Positions 18,895 through 27,146 of a stretch of 64,000 bases of DNA are shown in pieces (the stretch's first letter is position 1; each line of letters begins with the position of its first letter). Made by a program: the position numbers and the translations under genes. This DNA is from Thermoanaerobaculia bacterium (GTDB taxonomy: Bacteria; Acidobacteriota; Thermoanaerobaculia; UBA5066), in contig JAXLQV010000001.1 in NCBI GenBank assembly GCA_046331465.1, forward strand, positions 671,210 to 735,209, in the 5' to 3' direction. The notes beneath the pieces were generated by a model, which was not told the DNA's origin, made no database searches, and saw only the letters and a list, made by a program, of their open reading frames with translations.

Positions 18895-20892
18895 ATGAGG
18901 CTCTCCCCGCCCCTCCTCGCTCCCGCCCTCCCGGGGCTCCTTCTCCTCGCCCTCCTGCCGGCCGGCGCGCGCGCGGCCGACCCGCCGATCGACACCTCGC
19001 CTCCTCCCGCGCCGGTGAAGCTCGTCTTCGTCCACCACTCGACGGGCGAGGGGTGGCTCGCGGACGACGGGGGCGGGCTCGGAATCGCCCTGCGCGACGC
19101 CGGCTGGTTCGTGAGCGACACGAACTACGGCTGGGGTCCTCCCGACGCGGACGCGGGGGACGGGACGATCGGCGACCACACGGACATCGGGAACTGGTGG
19201 TCGTGGTTCGTCGGTCCCCACCGCGACACCTATGTCGCCGCCCTCCTCTCCGAGAGCGGGCCTCACTGCGACTACTCCCGGCGTGCCTCCGACCCGGGCG
19301 GCGCGAACCGGGTCGTGATGTTCAAGTCGTGCTTCCCGAACTCGCAGCTCGGCGGAAGCCCGTCGGACCCGGTCCCGTCCATCGCCTCGAACCCGCTTCG
19401 CGGCGAGGGGAGCGGCTCCGAGTACCACACGGTCGCGAACGCGAAAGGGATCTACCTCGCGCTGCGCGACTACTTCGCGACGCGGACCGACGTCCTCTGG
19501 GTCGTCGTCACGGCGCCGCCGCTCACCCCGGCGTCGACGGACGCCGCCGCCGCCTCGAATGCCCGCGCCTTCAACGAGTGGCTCGTGAACGAGTGGCTCG
19601 TCGGCTACCCGCAGAGGAACGTCTTCGTCTTCGACTTCTACAACGTCCTCACTTCGGACGGCGGCTCGACGCGGACGAACGACCCGGGGGCGAACGATCT
19701 CGGCTGGGCCGACGGGAACCACCACCGGGTGCGTGGCGGAGTCGTCGAGCACCTCCGGACCGTGGCGAACGACACGTCCGCCTACGGCAGCTCCCCCGAC
19801 GACAGCCACCCGACCGGCGCGGGCGGCCTCAAGGCGAGCGGCGAGCTCGTCCCGCTCCTGAACGCGGCGTGGCACTGCTGGCAGGGGACCGGGGCCTGCC
19901 CGACGGCGACGACGCCCCCCGCCTGCACGATCGGCTGCTTCGCCGTCGTCCCGGCGGAGGCGGAGGCCGGGAGCGCCCTCGGCTTCTCCGCGACGTCGAA
20001 GGTCGAGGGGTGCACGGGTGTGGCGTCCTACGACTGGGACTTCGGCGACGGCAGCCCGCACGGCGCCGGAGCGAGCGCGACGCACGCCTACGCGGCGGGG
20101 ACGTGGACCTGGCGCCTCACGGTCACGTCGGGAAGCGGGAGCTGCACGCGCACGGGGACGGTCGTCGCGACGACGGGCGGGGGAGGCGGAGGGGGCGGCA
20201 CGGCGTGGGCCGCGATCGTCCCCGCGGTGGCGCATTCGCCGGGGGACAAGGGGAGCCTCTGGCGGACGGACCTCGCCGTCGTGAACCCCGGCAGCTCCCT
20301 CGCGAGCCTGACGCTGACCTTCGTGCCGGTCGACGGCGTGCCGTCGACGCGGACGTCGACGCTCGCGGCGAACGGGACGCGCGAGTGGGCCGACGTCCTC
20401 GTCGCGCTCTTCGGCGTCGCGTCGGACGCGAGCGCGTCCGGTGCGCTCGGCATCGCTTCGGACCGGACGCTCTGCGTCGCGTCGCGGACCTTCAACCAGG
20501 GAGAGAGCGGGACGTTCGGCGGCTTCCTTCCCGCGGTGGAGCCGAAGGACGCCCTTTCGCCGGGGCAGACCGGAGTCCTCCCGCAGCTCGCGCGCAACGC
20601 CCTCTTCCGGACGAACGTCGGCGTCGCGAACCTCGGGAGCTCGGCCGTGACCGCGCGGCTCCGGCTCTGGGACGCCGACGGCGTCGCGGTGGGAGCGCCG
20701 ATCGACGTGAGCGTCCCGCCGGGCGCCCTCAACCAGGTCGTCGACCCGTTCGGCGTCGCCGGCGCGGGGGACCGCGACGTCGCGTACGCGACCGTCGAGG
20801 TGACGACGCCCGGCGGCCTCGCGTGGGCCTACGCCTCGGTCATCGACAACCGGACGGGGGACCCGACGATCGTTCCGCTCGAGGTCCCGTGA
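18895..20892 (+). CDS. secreted paralog A: signal peptide, hydrolase-like N-domain, PKD domain, Gly8 linker, and the shared roughly 200-aa C-terminal domain (unrecognised family)
   Basis: GGAGG precedes the ATG. Signal MRLSPPLLAPALPGLLLLALLPAGARA. The PKD signature WDFGDGS..TH.Y..GTWTWRLTV is present. A GGGGGGGG linker follows. The C-terminal 225 aa are homologous to the C-termini of the next two genes. Confidence 0.75.
   Translation: MRLSPPLLAPALPGLLLLALLPAGARAADPPIDTSPPPAPVKLVFVHHSTGEGWLADDGGGLGIALRDAGWFVSDTNYGWGPPDADAGDGTIGDHTDIGNWWSWFVGPHRDTYVAALLSESGPHCDYSRRASDPGGANRVVMFKSCFPNSQLGGSPSDPVPSIASNPLRGEGSGSEYHTVANAKGIYLALRDYFATRTDVLWVVVTAPPLTPASTDAAAASNARAFNEWLVNEWLVGYPQRNVFVFDFYNVLTSDGGSTRTNDPGANDLGWADGNHHRVRGGVVEHLRTVANDTSAYGSSPDDSHPTGAGGLKASGELVPLLNAAWHCWQGTGACPTATTPPACTIGCFAVVPAEAEAGSALGFSATSKVEGCTGVASYDWDFGDGSPHGAGASATHAYAAGTWTWRLTVTSGSGSCTRTGTVVATTGGGGGGGGTAWAAIVPAVAHSPGDKGSLWRTDLAVVNPGSSLASLTLTFVPVDGVPSTRTSTLAANGTREWADVLVALFGVASDASASGALGIASDRTLCVASRTFNQGESGTFGGFLPAVEPKDALSPGQTGVLPQLARNALFRTNVGVANLGSSAVTARLRLWDADGVAVGAPIDVSVPPGALNQVVDPFGVAGAGDRDVAYATVEVTTPGGLAWAYASVIDNRTGDPTIVPLEVP
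20209..20892 (+). repeat. copy 1 (most divergent) of the DNA segment encoding the shared C-terminal domain
   Basis: Encodes ..VPAVAHSPGDKGSLWRTDLAVVNPG...ASGALGIASDRTL.VASRTFN..GTFGGFLP...GVLPQL.R....RTNVGVANLG.....LRLW.ADG.A.G....VPPGAL.QV.D.F...GAGD...AYATVEVTTPGGLAWAYASVIDNRTGDPTIVPLEVP. About 55% aa identity to copies 2 and 3. Confidence 0.7.
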
Positions 20893-20905
20893 GGGAGGGC
20901 GAGCC

Positions 20906-22948
20906 GTGACCCTCCGCGACCGCACCCTCCTGTTCGCCCTGAAGTGGGCCCTCGCGGCCCTGGTCCTCCTGACGATCCTCCTCTGGAGCCGGGCGACGTC
21001 GGCCCTCCCGCAGTCCTGCGCGGGGGCCGAGCCGCCGCTCGTCACGACCCTCGACGTGAGGCAGCCGAACACCCTCGCCGAGCCGGCTCCGCGGGCCTCG
21101 TACCGCGACCCGGCGTTCGGCCGCTGCGTCACGCGGGTGACGGACCGGACCGGGGACGTCGAATCCGGCGACCCGTCCCGCGGCCTGAAGGACGAGTACT
21201 CCCGGGTCCAGGCGTGGAACGCCGACGGGTCGCTCTTTCTCCTCCGCGGCCTCGCCGGAACGACGTACGTCTGGGACGCCGCCACCCTCCGGAAGGTCCG
21301 GAAGCTCCCCGACGTCGTCGAGACCGAGCCACGCTGGGACGCGACGGACCCGAAGATCCTCTGGGCGAACGACGGGACGCGGCTCCTGCGCGTCGACGCG
21401 ACGACCGGGGAGGTGACGACGTGGCGCGACTTTGCCGGCGTCGTCCCCGGCCGGACGCTGACGTACGTCTGGACGCGATGGGAGGGGAGCCCGAGCGCCG
21501 ACGGGAGGACCTTCGGCCTGATGGCCGAGGACGAGGCGTACGAGGTCGTCGCCTTCCTCGTCTACGACCTCGCCGCCGACCGGGTCGTCGCGACGCGCGA
21601 CGTGAGCGCGTTCCCCGCGGCCCGCGCGACGGACAACGTCTCGATCAGCCTCTCGGGACGCTTCTTCCTCGCGCAGTGCGACGCCTGCCCGGCCGCGACG
21701 CTCGGCACCGACGCGAACCCGTGCGGCCTGATGGCCTGGGACCGCGACCTGAAGAACGGCCGCGGGCTCATCCGCGCCGTCGGGCACGGCGACGTCGCGT
21801 ACGACGCGTCCGGGCGGGAGGTCTTCGCCTATCAGGACAACGACACGGACGAGATCGCGTACGTCGACCTCGAGACCGGCGCGCGGACGGCGCTCCTCTC
21901 GATCGACTTCTCGAGGACGCCGATCGGCCTCCACTTCTCCGGCCGGTCCGTACGCCGCCCGGGGTGGGCGGTCGTTTCGACGCACGACGCGACGCGGACC
22001 TCGGAGGCGTGGATGGACGACTCCGTCTTCCTCGTCGAGCTGAAGCCGGGCGGGGGCGTCGTCCGCCTCGCCCACACCCGCTCCCTCGTCGACCCGGCGC
22101 AGGAGCACGACTACTGGGCCGAGCCGCACGCGACCGCGAACCGCGACCTGACGAAGGTCCTCTTCACGTCGAACTGGGGGCGCTCGGGGACGGAGGAGGT
22201 CGACACGTACCTCGTGACGCTGCCGCCCGGCTGGGCGGGCGAGGCCGCCTGCACGCCGCTCCACGTGAAGACGGTCCCGGCGGCGGCGCACGCGCCCGGC
22301 GCGTACGGAAGCCTCTGGCGGACCGACGTGGCCGTCGTGAACGCGACGGGCGCGGGGGCGTGCCTCGAGGTCCGCTTCACCCCCGCCGGCGGCGGGGAGG
22401 CGCGGACGTGGAGCGGCACGACGGCGCCCGGGACGCGCCTTTTCTCCGACGTCCTCGTCTCGCTCCTCGGCGTGGGGGCGGAGGAGAGAGCCTCGGGCGC
22501 GCTCCGCATCGCGTCGGACCGCCCGCTCGTCGTCTCCTCGCGGACCTGGAACGCGACGGAGAACGGCACGTACGGGGCGCACCTCGCGGGCGTGGGAGAG
22601 GAGCGCGCGGTGACGGAGGGGAGGCCGGGGGTCCTGCCGCAGCTGAAGAGGGGAGCGGCGAGCCGGACGAACGTCGGCCTGACGAACCCCGGGACGACCG
22701 AGGCGACGGGGTCGATCCGCCTCTTCGCCGCGAACGGGACGGCCCTCGGGAGCGCGAAGGCCGTGGCCGTCCCGGCGGGGGCGCTCGTCCAGGTGGACGA
22801 CGTCTTCGCGGCGTGCGGGGCGGGGGACGCGGCGATCGCCTGGGCGCGCGTCGACGTGGCGACTCCGGGAGGGGCGCTCTTCGCCTACGCCTCCGTCATC
22901 GACAACGCGACGTCCGACCCGACGATCGTCCCGGTGATCGTCCCGTGA
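20906..22948 (+). CDS. secreted paralog B: leader, beta-propeller-like (TolB / oligogalacturonide-lyase-like) passenger domain, and the shared C-terminal domain
   Basis: GTG start sits 7 nt after GGGAGGG. Leader MTLRDRTLLFALKWALAALVLLTILLWSRATSA. The central region has repeated propeller-blade-like segments (WDATDPKILWANDGTRLLRVDATTGEVTTWRD..). The C-terminal domain is about 80% identical to that of paralog C. Confidence 0.75.
   Translation: MTLRDRTLLFALKWALAALVLLTILLWSRATSALPQSCAGAEPPLVTTLDVRQPNTLAEPAPRASYRDPAFGRCVTRVTDRTGDVESGDPSRGLKDEYSRVQAWNADGSLFLLRGLAGTTYVWDAATLRKVRKLPDVVETEPRWDATDPKILWANDGTRLLRVDATTGEVTTWRDFAGVVPGRTLTYVWTRWEGSPSADGRTFGLMAEDEAYEVVAFLVYDLAADRVVATRDVSAFPAARATDNVSISLSGRFFLAQCDACPAATLGTDANPCGLMAWDRDLKNGRGLIRAVGHGDVAYDASGREVFAYQDNDTDEIAYVDLETGARTALLSIDFSRTPIGLHFSGRSVRRPGWAVVSTHDATRTSEAWMDDSVFLVELKPGGGVVRLAHTRSLVDPAQEHDYWAEPHATANRDLTKVLFTSNWGRSGTEEVDTYLVTLPPGWAGEAACTPLHVKTVPAAAHAPGAYGSLWRTDVAVVNATGAGACLEVRFTPAGGGEARTWSGTTAPGTRLFSDVLVSLLGVGAEERASGALRIASDRPLVVSSRTWNATENGTYGAHLAGVGEERAVTEGRPGVLPQLKRGAASRTNVGLTNPGTTEATGSIRLFAANGTALGSAKAVAVPAGALVQVDDVFAACGAGDAAIAWARVDVATPGGALFAYASVIDNATSDPTIVPVIVP
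22261..22948 (+). repeat. copy 2 of the C-terminal-domain-coding segment (imperfect direct repeat of copy 3)
   Basis: Identical or near-identical aa blocks with copy 3: GTYGAHLAGV, PGVLPQLKR, RTNVGLTN, IRLFAANGTALG, VPAGALVQVDDVFAACGAGDAAIAWARVDV, FAYASVIDNATSDPTIVPVIVP. The nucleotide sequences are clearly alignable, with mainly synonymous differences. Confidence 0.7.
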
Positions 22949-22959
22949 GGAGGTGAGCC

Positions 22960-25107
22960 GTGGCCTTTCGCGAGCGGACCCTCCTTCTCGCCTTCAAGCT
23001 CGCGCTCGCCACTCTCCTGCTTCTCTTCCTCCTCCTCCACGCCCGTCCGGCGGCGGGCGCGACGTACGTCGTCTCGCCGTCGGGAGACGACGCGAATGCG
23101 GGCACCTCGGAGCGGCCCTGGCGGACGTTCGCGCACGCGGCCGCCGTCGCCGGCCCGGGCGACCTCGTGTCGTTCCGCGGAGGGGCGTACGCGGTCCCGG
23201 ACGAGGTCGGCCTGACGCGCTCGGGGACGAGCGCCGCGCCGATCTCGTTCGTGGCGTGGACCGGCGAGACCCCGGTCCTGGACGGCGGCGGCGGGCCGGG
23301 AAGCATCGTCCACGTCCACCCGGGCGTCTCGCACATCCGCCTCTCGGGCTTCACGGTCCGCGGTTTCCGGGTCTGGGGGCTCTTCCTCGAAGGGGGAAAT
23401 CGCGGCGTCGTCCTGGACCACCTCGACGTCTCGGGGGGCGAGGCGTGCCTCCGCCTGACCGACGGCAACTCGGGCGACGCGGCGCTCCAGGGGGGCGTCG
23501 AGGACGTCCTCGTCGAGGACGGCACGTTCCACGACTCGGCGTACACGGTCATCGACTGCACGCCCGGCCCGTGCGACGGGACGACGTTCCGGCGCCTCGA
23601 GGTGAGGGGCGGGGGGCTCGGGAGCGGCATCTCCTTCGGGGCCGACGGCATCGGCCTCGAGAAGGGGCGCGCGGTCGTCGTCGAGGAGTGCTGGGTCCAC
23701 GACAACGGAGGGGACGGCGTCGACCTGAACTCGCGCGACACCTCGGGCAACGTGACGGGCGTCGTCGTCCGGCGGAACCGCGTCTCGGGGAACCGGCTCA
23801 TGGGGATCAAGCTCTGGGCGGGCGGCCGGATGGAGAACAACGCCGTCTGGGGCCAGGGGATCACGCCCGTGATGCTCGGCCGCTTCCCGGGCAGCTACGT
23901 CGTCGTGAACAACACGGTCGCGTTCAACATGTGGGACGCCGCGTTCGCCGAGCGCGACTACTCGCTCGTGGCGGGCTACCCGTGGGACGACGGGACGGCG
24001 CCCGCGATCGCGCTGACGCTCGTCGGGAACGTCTTCGCGTTCAACACGGGCCCCGCGGTGGGGAGCCCGACGGGGATCTACCTCGGGCCGAAGGTGACGC
24101 TCGTCGAGCGGAACAACCTCTGGTGGAGCCGCGAGGACAACGAGCTGCAGGCCGACTTCGTGACGGGCCGCTCCCCTGAGTTCGGCCGCGCCGAGATCCT
24201 GGACGGCACGTGGCGGGCCGCCTCGGGCCAGGGCGCCGGCGACCTCGGCGCCGACCCGCGCTTCGCGGGGGCGTGGCCTTCGGTCGACCTCCACCTCCTC
24301 GAGGGGAGCCCGGCGATCGACGCGGCGGACGCGGCGCTCGCCCCTTCGGTCGACCTCGAGGGACGGGCGCGCGACTCCCGGCCGGACGTCGGCGCGTACG
24401 AGAAGGGGAGCGCGTCGCCGCAGCCGTACGTCCGCGTCGTCCCGGCGGTGGCGCACGCCCCCGGCAGCTGGGGAAGCCTCTGGCGGACCGACGTCGATGC
24501 GGTGAACCCGGGCGCGCCGGCGACGGCGACGCTCACCTTCCGGACCGCGGGCGGAGACGTCTCGACGCGGACGACGGCGATCCCGACCGGCGCGACGCGC
24601 TTCCCCGACGTCCTCGCGACGCTCTTCGGCGTCGGGGCGGACGCGAAGGCCTCGGGCGCGCTCGAGATCGCGTCGGAACGCCCGCTCGTCGTCTCGTCGC
24701 GGACCTTCAACGCCGCCGAGAGCGGGACGTACGGTGCGCACCTCGCGGGCGTCACCGAGGCGCGGGCCGCGACGCCGGGGCGGCCGGGGGTCCTCCCTCA
24801 GCTGAAGCGGAGCGCGGCCGTGCGGACGAACGTCGGCCTGACGAACCTCGGCACGGCCGGGGTGACGGCCGCGATCCGCCTCTTCGCGGCCGACGGGACC
24901 GCCCTCGGCGGCGAATCGCTCGTCGAGGTCCCGGCGGGCGCGCTCGTCCAGGTCGACGACGTCTTCTCCGCCTGCGGGGCGGGCGACGCCGCAATCGCCT
25001 GGGCGCGGGTCGAGGTGCGGACGCCCGGCGGGCGCGCCTTCGCCTACGCGTCGGTCATCGACAACGCGACGGGCGACCCGACGATCGTTCCCCTGATCGT
25101 CCCGTGA
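22960..25107 (+). CDS. secreted paralog C: leader, right-handed parallel beta-helix (pectate-lyase / NosD-like) passenger domain, and the shared C-terminal domain
   Basis: GTG start sits after GAGGAGGTGA. Leader MAFRERTLLLAFKLALATLLLLFLLLHARPAAGA is similar to B's. PbH1-like repeats (IRLSGFTVRGFRVWGLFLEGGNRGVVLDHLDVSGG; VVVEECWVHDNGGDGVDLNS; VVVRRNRVSGNRLMGIKLW). C-terminal domain as in A and B. Confidence 0.75.
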   Translation: MAFRERTLLLAFKLALATLLLLFLLLHARPAAGATYVVSPSGDDANAGTSERPWRTFAHAAAVAGPGDLVSFRGGAYAVPDEVGLTRSGTSAAPISFVAWTGETPVLDGGGGPGSIVHVHPGVSHIRLSGFTVRGFRVWGLFLEGGNRGVVLDHLDVSGGEACLRLTDGNSGDAALQGGVEDVLVEDGTFHDSAYTVIDCTPGPCDGTTFRRLEVRGGGLGSGISFGADGIGLEKGRAVVVEECWVHDNGGDGVDLNSRDTSGNVTGVVVRRNRVSGNRLMGIKLWAGGRMENNAVWGQGITPVMLGRFPGSYVVVNNTVAFNMWDAAFAERDYSLVAGYPWDDGTAPAIALTLVGNVFAFNTGPAVGSPTGIYLGPKVTLVERNNLWWSREDNELQADFVTGRSPEFGRAEILDGTWRAASGQGAGDLGADPRFAGAWPSVDLHLLEGSPAIDAADAALAPSVDLEGRARDSRPDVGAYEKGSASPQPYVRVVPAVAHAPGSWGSLWRTDVDAVNPGAPATATLTFRTAGGDVSTRTTAIPTGATRFPDVLATLFGVGADAKASGALEIASERPLVVSSRTFNAAESGTYGAHLAGVTEARAATPGRPGVLPQLKRSAAVRTNVGLTNLGTAGVTAAIRLFAADGTALGGESLVEVPAGALVQVDDVFSACGAGDAAIAWARVEVRTPGGRAFAYASVIDNATGDPTIVPLIVP
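24421..25107 (+). repeat. copy 3 of the C-terminal-domain-coding segment
   Basis: ..VPAVAHAPGSWGSLWRTDVDAVNPG...GTYGAHLAGV..PGVLPQLKR..RTNVGLTN..IRLFAADGTALG..VPAGALVQVDDVFSACGAGDAAIAWARVEV.TPGG.AFAYASVIDNATGDPTIVPLIVP. Confidence 0.7.
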
Positions 25108-25113
25108 GCCGCG

Positions 25114-26118
25114 CTACAGCGCGCTCGTCCCGGGCGGGACGAGCGCGTCGACGCGGGCGGCGTCCTCGTCGGTGATCGTCACGTCGAGCGCGGCGATGGC
25201 GTCCTCGAGCTGCTCCAACGTCCTCGGCCCGATGATCGTCGACGTGACGGCGGGGTGGCGGAGCGTCCACTTCAGGGCGAAGCGCGCGAGCGACGGCCCC
25301 TTCTCCTCCGCGAGCTTCAGGAGCTCCTCGACGACCTCGATCCGCCGCGCGAACTTCGGGTTCCCGAGGTCGCCGATCCACTTGACGGCGCGGGGCGTGT
25401 CGAGCGGGTTCGCCTGCCCCCTGCGGTACTTGCCGGTGAGCCATCCCCCCTCGAGCGGGCTCCAGACCATGTTCCCGATCCCGAAGCGCTGCGTCACGGG
25501 GAAGTGGTCGACCTCCATCGTCCGGCGGAGGATCGAGTAGGGGGGCTGGAGCGAGACCCACCGCTCCCAGCCGTTCTTCTCCGAGAGCCAGAGCGTCTCG
25601 ACGAGCTCCCACGCCTCGAGGCGGACCGTCCACGGGCTCACGCCCGGGTCCGACGCGTGGCTCGTCGAGCAGCCGACGTAACGGACCTTCCCCTGTCTCA
25701 CGAGGTCGGTGAGCGCCGAGAGGGTCTCCTCCCACGGCGTCGTCCGGTCGGGGCGGTGGATCTGGTAGAGGTCGATGACGTCGGTCCCGAGGCGCCGCAG
25801 GCTCGCCTCGACCTGCTCCTGGATCGCCTTCCGCGAGAGCCCCTGCTCGTTCGGCCCGGGGCCCATCCGCGACCAGACCTTCGTCGCGAGGACCGCCTGG
25901 CTCCGCCGCCCCGCGAGGGCCTTCCCGACGATCTCCTCCGACGAGCCCTCGCCGTAGTTGTTCGACGTGTCGACGAAGTTGATCCCCGCGTCGAGCGCGC
26001 GGTGGACGATCCGCACGCACTCCGCCTCGTCCGTGTTCCCCCAGCGGCCGAGCATCATCGTCCCGAGGCAGAGGGGGGAGACCTTCAGGCCCGATCGGCC
26101 GAGGTTCCGGTACTCCAT
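25114..26118 (-). CDS. aldo/keto reductase
   Basis: MEYRNLGRSGLKVSPLCLGTMMLG...GINFVDTSNNYGEGSSEEIVGKAL...IDLYQIHRPD is the classic AKR N-terminal signature with the catalytic Tyr/Lys/His region. 334 aa. Confidence 0.85.
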   Translation of the reverse strand: MEYRNLGRSGLKVSPLCLGTMMLGRWGNTDEAECVRIVHRALDAGINFVDTSNNYGEGSSEEIVGKALAGRRSQAVLATKVWSRMGPGPNEQGLSRKAIQEQVEASLRRLGTDVIDLYQIHRPDRTTPWEETLSALTDLVRQGKVRYVGCSTSHASDPGVSPWTVRLEAWELVETLWLSEKNGWERWVSLQPPYSILRRTMEVDHFPVTQRFGIGNMVWSPLEGGWLTGKYRRGQANPLDTPRAVKWIGDLGNPKFARRIEVVEELLKLAEEKGPSLARFALKWTLRHPAVTSTIIGPRTLEQLEDAIAALDVTITDEDAARVDALVPPGTSAL

Positions 26119-26248
26119 GGCGTCCTCCCGCGGCGGCGCCGCGCCCCGAGTATGCCGAAGGGCTAGACTCGGCCGTCAACCCCGATCGTCGACGTCCGGG
26201 AAGCCGTCCCGGCGCCGCCACGCGGCGCCGGGAGCCCGCGGAGGAGCC

Positions 26249-27145
26249 ATGATCAAGAAGAGCTGCGGCCTCGCCTCCCTCGTCCTCCTCGCCCTCTTCG
26301 GGGGCTACTTCTGGCTCCTCCACGGGAAGATCGAGACGTTCCCCGCCGTGATCCTCGCGGGCTTCGGGGCGCTCGGCCTCGTCATGGTCGTCTCGCAGCT
26401 GAAGGAGGTGATCTTCGGAGGCGGGGACAGGGGGGTGCTGAAGCGGGCCGAGCAGGGGCTCCCGCTCGAGGACGGGCGGGAGGAGGCGGTCTGGGGACCG
26501 ATCGAGCCGCTCGGCGCGACGCTCGAGGCCCCGTTCAGCGGGCGCGTCTGCGTCGCCTACGAGTACGACGCCAAGAGCGGCTCGCGCGGCGAAGACGACA
26601 CCGCCTCCACGATCGCGGGCTTCGCCCTCGCCCCCTCGGTCATCCGGTCGAGCCGCGGGGACGTGAACCTCCTCGGCTACGGCCTCCTCGACCAGTTCCC
26701 GAAGAAGAGCGTCACCGGGCCCGAGGCGCTCGACCGCGCGAACCGGTACGTGGGCTCGACGGCGTTCACGGAGATGGGGCTCACGAAGATCGGCGCCATG
26801 ATCTCGGCGATGGACTCCGTGCTGGCCGACGACGACGGCTCGGTGCGGCAGGACATGAAGACGAAGGACGCCTCGCCGGAGGAGCTCGCGGCCTGCGCGT
26901 TCTCGGAGAAGGTCGTCCTCCCCGGCGAGACGGTCACCGCGATCGGGATCTGGGACGCCGCGAAGGGGGGGCTCGTCCCGAAGCTCCGCGGCAAGTCGAC
27001 GATCGTCCGCCTCGTGCCGGGGGGCGGCGCGGCCATGGTCGCGCACGCCGGCAAGCGCCCCTGGGGGACCCTCGCCTTCGCGCTCGTCTGGGCCGGCTTC
27101 GCGCACGTCTTCATCTACCTCGTCCTGAGGCTCTCGCCGAAGTGA
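26249..27145 (+). CDS. hypothetical membrane protein (N- and C-terminal TM helices)
   Basis: ATG at 26249 is preceded by GGAGGAG. The upstream part of the longer ORF overlaps the AKR gene on the other strand and was discarded. Confidence 0.5.
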   Translation: MIKKSCGLASLVLLALFGGYFWLLHGKIETFPAVILAGFGALGLVMVVSQLKEVIFGGGDRGVLKRAEQGLPLEDGREEAVWGPIEPLGATLEAPFSGRVCVAYEYDAKSGSRGEDDTASTIAGFALAPSVIRSSRGDVNLLGYGLLDQFPKKSVTGPEALDRANRYVGSTAFTEMGLTKIGAMISAMDSVLADDDGSVRQDMKTKDASPEELAACAFSEKVVLPGETVTAIGIWDAAKGGLVPKLRGKSTIVRLVPGGGAAMVAHAGKRPWGTLAFALVWAGFAHVFIYLVLRLSPK

Positions 27146-27146
27146 C

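Noticed and set aside
20209-25107. Interpreting the shared C-terminal domain as a known sorting signal (T9SS CTD, PEP-CTERM, LPXTG, MYXO-CTERM)
   Set aside because: It has no PEP or LPXTG motif and no terminal TM helix with a basic tail. At about 200 aa it is far longer than those signals. No sortase, exosortase or T9SS genes are in the window. So it is reported as unrecognised rather than assigned.
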